From NCBI GenBank assembly GCA_001949185.1, contig BDGG01000001.1, positions 3,957,624 to 4,021,623 on the forward strand: a DNA stretch of 64,000 bases, in the 5' to 3' direction. This DNA is from Ramazzottius varieornatus. Its lineage: Eukaryota > Animalia > Tardigrada. The notes under the pieces are model-generated. The model was not told where the DNA came from, did no database searches, and was given only the letters and a program-made list of their open reading frames with translations. A program made the translations under genes and the position numbers. Positions 55,856-64,000 of the stretch are shown piece after piece. The number at the start of each line of letters is the position of its first letter. The stretch's first letter is position 1.

Positions 55856-58800
55856 TCACCCTTGACGTTGAAACCTGTGACGGCTAAGGTCGCTGGGACT
55901 CTCCCGGTTTCCGGAGTCCACACTGAGTGAGGTGATGATCCACGGATGATTCATCGCTTCCTCCGCCGTCATCCGCTCTTCCGGGTCCCATGCCAGAGCC
56001 TTCAGTACGAAGTCAACAAACTTCGGGCCGCCGCTCTTCAGCATCTGAGCTACTGGCTTTCCTCCAGGTGGAAGGCGGAAGTGCTTCTTGGAGGAATCGG
56101 CGTACCCACCTTCAGTGGCGCTCTGACAGTAGAAAGGAATACCATCTGCAAAAATAAAGAGAACTGAAAACCTCGACCAAACATCCGAAATTAACTTCCG
56201 GATATCGAAATGGGTATTCCAGAAAAACGTCCGAATCAACACTGTCAGCACGGAGATTTCCGTGTTCGCGAAATACTACCGTCCTCTTTGTGAGTACAAG
56301 ATTTTGATTGGCTAAGACCACGCGAGGGAGGCGGATCTATCCAACCAGCATTTCCTGAAATTTCGAGCTTTGGATGATTTGCAGGCCGTGAAGGCCAACT
56401 TGGGAAAAGCAGCCCTGGCCATTTCAATTTTGTTCTAAACCCACTCTTCGTAACCGATTCGTACCCGGCTTAGTTTCGGTAGAGGGAATCGTCCTCGGTG
56501 CCTCGAATCTTTTCTGAACGAATGCTGTGTACAGGTCTTTAGGAAACAAAATCTGAAATATCACCAAAACCGCCCAAAGTCGTAAAACTTTTTTACAGTG
56601 TGCTGAATTTTCGCTGACCGCTGGTAATATTCAGTCTTACTTTGGTGGCAAAGATCGAAATAAAGGCAAAGAAAAAATTCCTAGCCCGAAGAACCAAAAG
56701 TCAGAATAAAGAGGCGAATAGAACCGAGTCATTGTATTCACAAAGAGGACGGTCGTGCTGTAAGTGTTAAACTCATAGAAATTTTTTGAGTGGAAAAGTA
56801 GCTAGGTAAATGAGTACCTGGGAAGTAGTCTCCTCTCTTGGAGTCCGCGCACAGATTCACAAATTGTGGTGATGGGTAACCCAGTCCTTCCAAAATTACA
56901 GCTAGCTGGTCCTTGCCACTAGTACCCGGAAACAATGGCTTGCCCAAGTAGAACTCGGCAATGACGCAGCCGAAGGACCACATGTCGATAGCTCGTTTGT
57001 ACTTCGAACCATACGGCTGCAGAATGACTTCAGGAGCGCGGTAGAAACGAGATTGGATGTAGGCATACACCTGGAGTTGCTCGTGGCAGCTAATGTTGAA
57101 GTCACAGACTTGCAGACCGGTACGTGTCGGGCTCTTCAGCAGAATATTCTCCGGCTGTAAAGAACAACGCAGTGATCACACTCAGATTGAAACCGGAACG
57201 ATACCTTTGAGAATCGAGGAAGAATTTTATTTCTCTGTTAAATTTTCTTGGTAATATAAGACGTCGGCGATTGTCTTAGCACTCTGCGTACGACCGTCCT
57301 CTTTATGTATACAATCACTCAGTTTTATTCACCTCCCAGTTTTAGCTTTTGGTCTTTCGGGTCTGGGTCTTTTTGTTTGCATTTACCTCGGTCTTCTCAG
57401 CAAAGCAACACTAATGACCAGCGGTCAACAAAACCCCAGCACGCTGGGAAATTTTTCTACGGTTTCGGGTGGTTCTGGTTAAATTCGGTGTTTCGTCTCT
57501 TCGCGCGAGACACGTGCACGGTATTCGCTTAGAAAAAAACTGGAGCACTGGGGACATTCTTATCTATCGAAGCCGAGCCTGGGATAAATTTTGTAGTCAA
57601 GGAGCGGTCAGAGGAAAATCAAGACGACCAGTTCTCCCTTTTGAGGTTTGGCGTTCATGGCCTGCCAATTATCCGAATTTTGAAATTTCGAAAATTGCCT
57701 ATTGGTTGGACCAGCATCCGCAACACAGTACCAGCCAATAAAATTCCTGTATACACAAAGAGGACAGTGGTATTCTGCGAACATGAAAACGATCGTGTTG
57801 AAAGTGTTAAGCGTGATTGTTCTCCCCAGTGGCGCACACGCTCAATAAACAACAATGGAGTCGTGCGCCGCATGAGTTAACGACTATGTTAGTTACAATT
57901 TTTGAATCGAACCTTGAGGTCGCAGTGTATGATGGATTTGCTATGGATGAAGTTAAGGAACCGTAGCAGACCGAGGGCGAACTTCCGGACGACGGGCAGG
58001 GAAAGACCGTTGTGGTTGTTGGTCTTGATCAGCGTGTAGACGTTCATCGCACACAGGTCGAAGACCAAGCAGGAATGATGGCGGAAAGTGAAGGACTCGA
58101 TCAGGTGGGTCATTCTGCCTTCTCCCGTTTGATCGTACTTGAGGGACTGGCCCAGACTCTCCAAAATCTTAATCTGCGAAACGGGATGTTTGAACAGACT
58201 TCGGAAGAGATCGAACTGAAACCGTGGATCTACTGTACCTCGTCATCACCAATCTTCTTGAAGCGTGGAGTATTCTTCAGGATTTTCACCGCCACCTTTC
58301 TCTTGAGCTTGTGGTCCAGAACCTTGTAGACGGTCCCGAAGACTCCGGCTCCCAGCTTTGAGATGAGTTCGTAGCGGTAGTACAGATGGTCCCCCATGAT
58401 GGCTTTGTAGGCACCGTCTTCGTCGTCAAAGCCACTATTGTTTTCCGAACCTAAGCAAGCACTAAGTTCAACTGAGAGTATATATCGGTAGAGACGACTC
58501 AATCGAAAGATTTTTTTCCCCATTTGCTTACCAGGCGAAGGTTCGATCTTCTTGCTTCTCGAACCAACAAAATGGACTTCTTGGAAGGGTCTGATCTCGA
58601 ACTTCTCGTGTTCCGTCAAGTGAATTTTATAGCGTGTATATCCCTAAAGCCATATCACCTGTCAGCACAAATTTCCTTGGAAGCGGAAACAACAAACTGC
58701 GCTACCCACGCCATTAATTTTGAGCGCAAGAGATACACTCAGCATGCCCAGAGAGTACTCTGGCGATCCTCTCGGAATACAAAATCTGAAGAGTCTGTTT

Positions 58801-59270
58801 GGGAGCAAACTAGTGCGGAATGCTGCACTGCTGGCCTAGGACAGAGATTCGATGCAGAATCCTACTCCCATACCTGATTTCCATTGGGTATAAAGTCCAG
58901 TTTGGGAGCAGCATTTTCGATCTCTTCTGCCTCATTCTGCTGCCTGCAGTCTTTCATCTGGCAAGTGATCAGGGCTATCTCGTAACAATACACATCATCA
59001 TTTTCTCGAATCTGGCTGGCACTTGCTGCTGTTGCCGCCGCCTGCAAAGCAGAGAATTTTCAGCTTGGTTATAAAACGAGGGTAGAACTGGAATTGCTGT
59101 ACTGCGTTAGCGAAACTGGGAAGGCAAAATACTTGACGATACAAGAGATCACATCACGTTATATACCAGAACTCTTACCAGTGTATTCCGTTGAGCGTGA
59201 TAGCCGAGTTCCGGTCCGGATCCAGACGGTGGAGTTGTCCGACTTATAGCCGTAGGTAGAACGAACCGGT
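55856..59270 (-). CDS. Class II DYRK dual-specificity kinase (DYRK2/3/4-like); 5' end uncertain
   Basis: NAPA-like TEHEKFEI...VHFVG, DH box FDDEDGAY...GDHLYYRYE, LGAGVFGTV, VAVK, HCDLKPENILL, YAYIQSRFYRAPEVIL and AIDMWSFGC. Confidence 0.9.
56240..56766. mobile_element. piggyBac-like non-autonomous element A (527 bp), DYRK intron
   Basis: CACT...AGTG ends flanked by TCAA/TTAA; subterminal inverted ACCGTCCTCTTTGTG. Confidence 0.7.
57280..57806. mobile_element. piggyBac-like non-autonomous element B (527 bp), inverted relative to A
   Basis: CACT...AGTG ends flanked by TTAG/TTAA; 57640-57806 is homologous to the reverse complement of 56240-56410. Confidence 0.7.
57811..57885. repeat. Intronic palindromic element, copy 9, DYRK intron; left arm split by a piggyBac-like insertion, remainder at 57259-57275
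   Basis: GATTGTT..CAGTGGCGCAC-N25-GTGCGCCGC. GACGTCGGCGA lies on the far side of the insertion. Confidence 0.75.
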
Positions 59271-59791
59271 GAGATCCGGAATTCATCGTCTGGGCTGGGA
59301 AGGGTGCAGTTTATTGCAGACAGAATCCCGCTTTTTTGCTAAACAGGCGTATTTCGGAGACTCGACAAGTGCTTGCCGGTAGGGCTCGAAACCAGGGTAC
59401 AGAGGGCAGACAACGTACATTCGCCTGACGAGAATCATCACCTGTGGGTTTGTGTTCCTCCGCAGTTTTCTAGCTGCAAGAAACTTCAAGAAGAACGCTC
59501 GAATTAACGGATATATGGCGGGTGTGGCCTGTTTTCTCCACAATATACGTCAGAACGCAGCTGACCGATGGACAGTGTTGGACACCAGACCAGTTTTTTC
59601 TGCTGACGTCATGGGCCACATTCTGCACTTGTACAGCGAACCTTCGATTAGGAGCCGCGTTTCGACTTTTCACAGAGCCTGGAACATTCGCTGATTTCTT
59701 AACCTTTATAAAAACCGGATGAACGATAACAACTTCAGATCAGACACTGTAAATTCTCTGCACTTCAATAGGGGAAGCACCAGGAGAAAGC

Positions 59792-60674
59792 TTAAAAACT
59801 GCGCTCCTCGTAAAACTTTAGAATAATAGACACCAGATTATGCAACGCCTCAGAATACCTCCGAGCATTCAAAAGGAACTTGTCGTACTCCGCAGCGAAA
59901 CCGGGGCTGAACAAACCTTCTTTCGTCGAACCAAACAACAAGGCCAAAAACACTTTACGAGAAGGAACAGCAAAAAGGACGGTTCGGAAGACTGCTCGCA
60001 CGGCAAAGTTGTGGTGAGGTCTCAGCGAGTTATCGTACGCTCGTCGGACACATTCTGCCGTTTCGTCTTCGCTAGTCAACAGCTCATGCAGGAAACAATC
60101 GAGAAAATGCAGTCCGCGGTTCAACCACAAAAGCGAACCTCTAGCCTTTCCGGGGTTCTCTCGAAGCAACATGGCTTGGAGGGTTTTCGTTGTGTCCGGA
60201 GAAGCCTGGAACTCTTTCTCGAGATTGCCGATGTTGCCGTTCATATCAGCCATCACTGGCGCCATCGCACGACCACCAAGCAAATCTAGAAATTTAGGTA
60301 TCTCTTTACAGGCGTTCAGAAACTGCTCTGTATCGATGTTGTTCTCCGCGTCGACCGGGACTTCGGTAAACGAAGTGGACATTCTTGTGAAGAACGTGGG
60401 CTCCACCGGTGCCTGCTCCATTGGTCCTTTGGCATTCGAAGCTGCATGAACTTCTGCGGGCTCGACCGCCAAACCTGGAGAAAGGCCGGACGCTGGCGCT
60501 GCTGCTGACTGTGACAAAAAGAAGGAGGAATGAACGAAAGTCCTAACAAGTTCATCTTACAGGTTTGTTACGTTCAAGATGATATATTCAATCATAAAGT
60601 CTTACCCTGTCTACAAGCGCCATTTTCGATAAGTCGCCTTTTGAGTCTTTTATGATCCTGTCCGCTGTCGCCAT
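59792..60674 (-). CDS. GLTP: Glycolipid transfer protein (GLTP/FAPP2 GLTP domain)
   Basis: IDTEQFLNAC....FLDLLG..APVMADMNGNI, SLLWLNRGL and AYDNSLRPHHNF. A short 5' exon splices in frame. Confidence 0.88.
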
Positions 60675-62494
60675 TGCCTCCTCTATCCTATCAGAAGTTC
60701 CGGAAGTCTGTGGAGGAATCGCCTAGAAGAATGGACGTGTTCATCCACGCCAATTTTTTGATTCGTTCAAGCCAATTAGCGCCAACGGAGTACCGAAACC
60801 ATACCGCAGTACTGTACTTTGAAGACTGAGTGGGTACCTGTTTTGCGAAACATTTGCTGCTCGGTTCTTCGCTGAATTCTGACTGGTATGATGCAGAGAT
60901 TGACGTTGACGCCGGCTGTTGATTTTCCTATATATGCACCAGAATGAACACAAAGCAATCGAGAACACCGAATTGATATAGTCGGATACGAACCAGTGCT
61001 GCCTAAATACTTACGTTTGATGGCTCCATTCTGCTGTTATCCTTGTCTATCACAATCACGCGTTCTGCGCGGCCCGGACGTAATAATGCATAATCTTTCG
61101 ACCTCGCTGGAAAAACAACGAAGTCCACGTCATCCAAGTCGACATCACTTTCATCGTTGTTTTCCGCTTCCTGTTGACGAGTACTGTTGAGCCTTATCCG
61201 CTGCTGAACTGGCTTCCTTATCTGAAATGGTCAACCGTATGCAACATGCTTGTAAACAATTAAATTGCAGTATCGAGGCGACTTCCGGTCATGGCTATAA
61301 ACTCTGACAGCGCTGCGGGTCACTTACCTCAGGTGGAAACCACGGGCCTTCGATGTATCCTGGGCACTTCATCATGGTGTTCGTTGCAGGATTTCTCCTT
61401 GTAACTGGCGAAGATTTCGCTCTCGAGCTGAGCTGCGAGGATGTCCTTTCCGCAGTTCGACCTGTCAGCTCCGACACATCCTCCTGACGCAAGCACCCTA
61501 TGAAAACACCGTGCGTACCGTACACGTTGTCAAGCTTCGGGCTTGTTATGCATCGATAGTCTCGAGCGAGTGAGAAGTGTGCCACGCATCTGCGCGGACA
61601 TCGGTGAGACTGAGATAAGCTAAAATTAATTTGAAAGAAAATCGAAACAACACGAAGACGAAACTTTGGCAGGCCAGAAAAGACTCAAAGAGGGTTAAGG
61701 TTTATCCCCGTGCCCCGGGGGCACCTGCAAACACATAACCACCGGTCCACCAGAACTGGGACCAACGATAAACCACCCCGGACCCAGGCACTGAGGCACC
61801 CCACTCGGGACCGGCGTAACCCTAAAAGTTCGCCGCAGTGAACAGCGATCCGGCTTAACACGTGTCGACCACTTGAGCCGGGTTTCAATTTCTGAAAGCG
61901 CAAGGTACAGCTGCTTGCTTTGCGACGAAGTCGGACGACATCTTTCGACCACTGGTCTTTCACTCAGAAAACAGCCGCTGAATCTTCGTTCAGATAATCG
62001 GATATCCATCGTTCTCTTGCGATCTTGTGCTTCTTTCGGGATACAATGGCGGTAAGTGGTCTAGAAGTACTACATGAGAGCGCTTGGTAATAACTTAGTT
62101 CGAAACTTCTAACGACAACATCCACCTTGATCCATTTTCCGATTGCAGAGTTCAAGCTCGGCCAAAAGATCCAGACTAGGTACTTCCTCAAGCGCGACTC
62201 TTCAGTCCCAGGAAAGCCGACAAGAACAGGAAAACAACCATGGCTTACCGCAATTTGAACAGGATATACAGCTGGTTCGAACCTGTACACAAACTCTAGA
62301 TGAGCTTGACCAACTCCAAACAGTAATGGACGTAAGTCTAGATCTGCTGCTTACGTACGTTGATCGACCAATATTTTGGCAGCTACCTGTCTTGGAGTAA
62401 ACTATCTCTAATGTTATACCAGGTGGCAGGTAATCAGTCGATGCCCACAATGACGCACTGGCTGAACGAGAAATTAATGCGTTTAACAGAATGA

Positions 62495-63540
62495 GAAAAT
62501 GGCAGTGCCTTCCGAGTAGATACGAACTGCGTCTTTGTGATGACATCGTTCACTGGAGCAGCTTTTGAAATGCTGAAGCAGGCTGGGGCATCCGTCTTCT
62601 CCCCGTACTGTGCGCTGGCCGCACTTCGTCCAGGAATAAAACTTCCTGTGGAACGCGGCTGCGCCATAACCAACATTGCCCTGGTGAAACCGCTGTTCAA
62701 ACATGCCCACCGAACATCGCGTAAGTCCATGGAACCTATCAAGACATTAGTAGGTATGCTGCAGATTTCTGTTGTTTAGACCGACATTTTCCAAAAGGTT
62801 CAGAAAATGGGTGGACTCACGAGTGCAGCGTTAACTGCCACCTGCACACATCTGGTCACACCTGTTGTCGGTTCCGGGAAGTACCATGTACGTTTTAAAG
62901 TGCCATTCTTCAAAAGCGATTCTATGCGGTTGATTTTGCTGTAGGCAGCCAAGGAAAACGGGATAAAGGTGGTGCTTCCAGGATGGGTGGATGAGATTTA
63001 CAGACTGGGAATGATGACGGACCAAGACTACAGTGATGATGCAAAGCTGGCCACGAAGTTCGCCACGCCGATTTTCGCCGGAGTATCGGTATCCGTCTCG
63101 CAGGCTTCCCAACCGCAACGACTAGAGGTGGGTCGGGAGACGTTTCTTCAGGGAAACGTGTCACCTTCTCTATATGAATTAATGTGCTCAGTTTTTTCAT
63201 AGATTAAGACGCTGATGATGGAATATGGCGGTGAATACGGCGATGATTTCACCCGAGCAATCGCAAATCCGACGGGCAATAAGTATGCCGCAGCTGGCGT
63301 CTGGATGGTACCCATCGTGCGATCGCAGTGGATGTACGGTTCTGTCAAGAAAGTACTAGAGGCTTATTTTGCTTTTCTGCCTTTTAGTACGGAATCATAT
63401 GGGGAACGAAGGACAGTTCGTGGATGCAAAAAGGTTTTTTTTTTGCAGGGTACTGTCTAGATTACGGAAAGTATCTACTGGAAGGACTGAAGGTCCCTGG
63501 GACACTAGTGAAAAGTAAAGGTACTTCCAGGTACCTTAAG
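62495..63540 (+). pseudogene. Degenerate TopBP1/Rad4-like N-terminal BRCT0-2 fragment
   Basis: F.GAAFEMLKQAG..VFSP, KVQKMGG....TCTHLV..VVGSGKY, VVLPGWV, PIFAGVSV, GGEY, GNKY..A..W..PIVRSQW..SVKKGYC. Apparent frameshift near 62683-62695 and a missing THL segment in BRCT2. Confidence 0.65.
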
Positions 63541-63668
63541 CATGGTTTTATACATCAGTGATCCGCGTCCCGTTCTGCCAAGATTTTCTACTTATGTTGC
63601 CCCGCTTGTTAGGTGAGTCGCTGCAGTATGCAGGACAAGAGCAGGCGGCGCTTTCGAATGTTACCAAG

Positions 63669-63830
63669 GAATGTGTGGTCTGTGTGGGAGAGCCAGCGAC
63701 TGTAGCCTTTATCCCGTGAGGAAATCGGCATACCTGTTCTAGTTGTACCAAGCTTCTCTTCGAAAGTGAGGGCAAGTCTTGCCCTTCCTGTCGCGAAAAG
63801 ATTGAACGCTGCTGCCGCATATTCCTGTGA
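63669..63830 (+). pseudogene. Degenerate C-terminal RING finger (IAP/MEX3/MDM2-like)
   Basis: ECVVCVGEPATVAFIP*GNRHTCSSC...CPSCREKIERCCRIFL*. The PCGH motif reads P-TGA-G-N. Confidence 0.6.
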
Positions 63831-64000
63831 TGAAAATTACAACAGTAGGCAGCTACCGGCATGTTTGTGCTATCCGAGTTTTTGGACGGTGCTTTTGATT
63901 CACTTCTAGTATTCTGGAGAAAAAATCTCTCATGGAAACGCAACAATTCTAGTTATTCTTTGTTTCCCAGGTTTAGCAACCGATACAGTAACATAACACT

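Noticed and set aside
8492-57885. N25 palindromes as CRISPR repeats or integron attC sites
   Set aside because: They are dispersed singly in eukaryotic introns, with no array, cas genes or integrase.
61815-61827. TAACCCTAA as a telomerase RNA template or telomeric seed
   Set aside because: A single 9-mer; chance occurrence is plausible and there is no supporting structure.

Overview
Eukaryotic, gene-dense window from a compact invertebrate genome. Introns are mostly about 55-70 bp GT-AG and intergenic gaps are short. The style is consistent with a tardigrade-like genome, but the organism cannot be confirmed from the sequence. About 17 spliced genes can be reconstructed by eye: LRRC74-like, a plant-type soluble UGT, spastin, a secreted Tyr/Cys-repeat protein, transcription factor DP, POLE2, an aquaglyceroporin, PPP1R37, WDR75/UTP17, a CUB+beta/gamma-crystallin-like protein, a GT23 fucosyltransferase, uridine phosphorylase, a taperin/phostensin-like protein, a Nop6-like RRM protein, FNDC3, a class II DYRK kinase and GLTP. 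Decayed TopBP1-like and RING fragments lie at the right end, and several MITE families are present. The most striking unexplained signal is a ~125-bp palindromic element found nine times, always inside introns of eight different genes. Its arms are heavily diverged, yet the GCGCAC...GTGCGC core keeps a spacer of exactly 25 nt in all eight intact copies. Gene coordinates are start-to-stop spans including introns, inferred manually.
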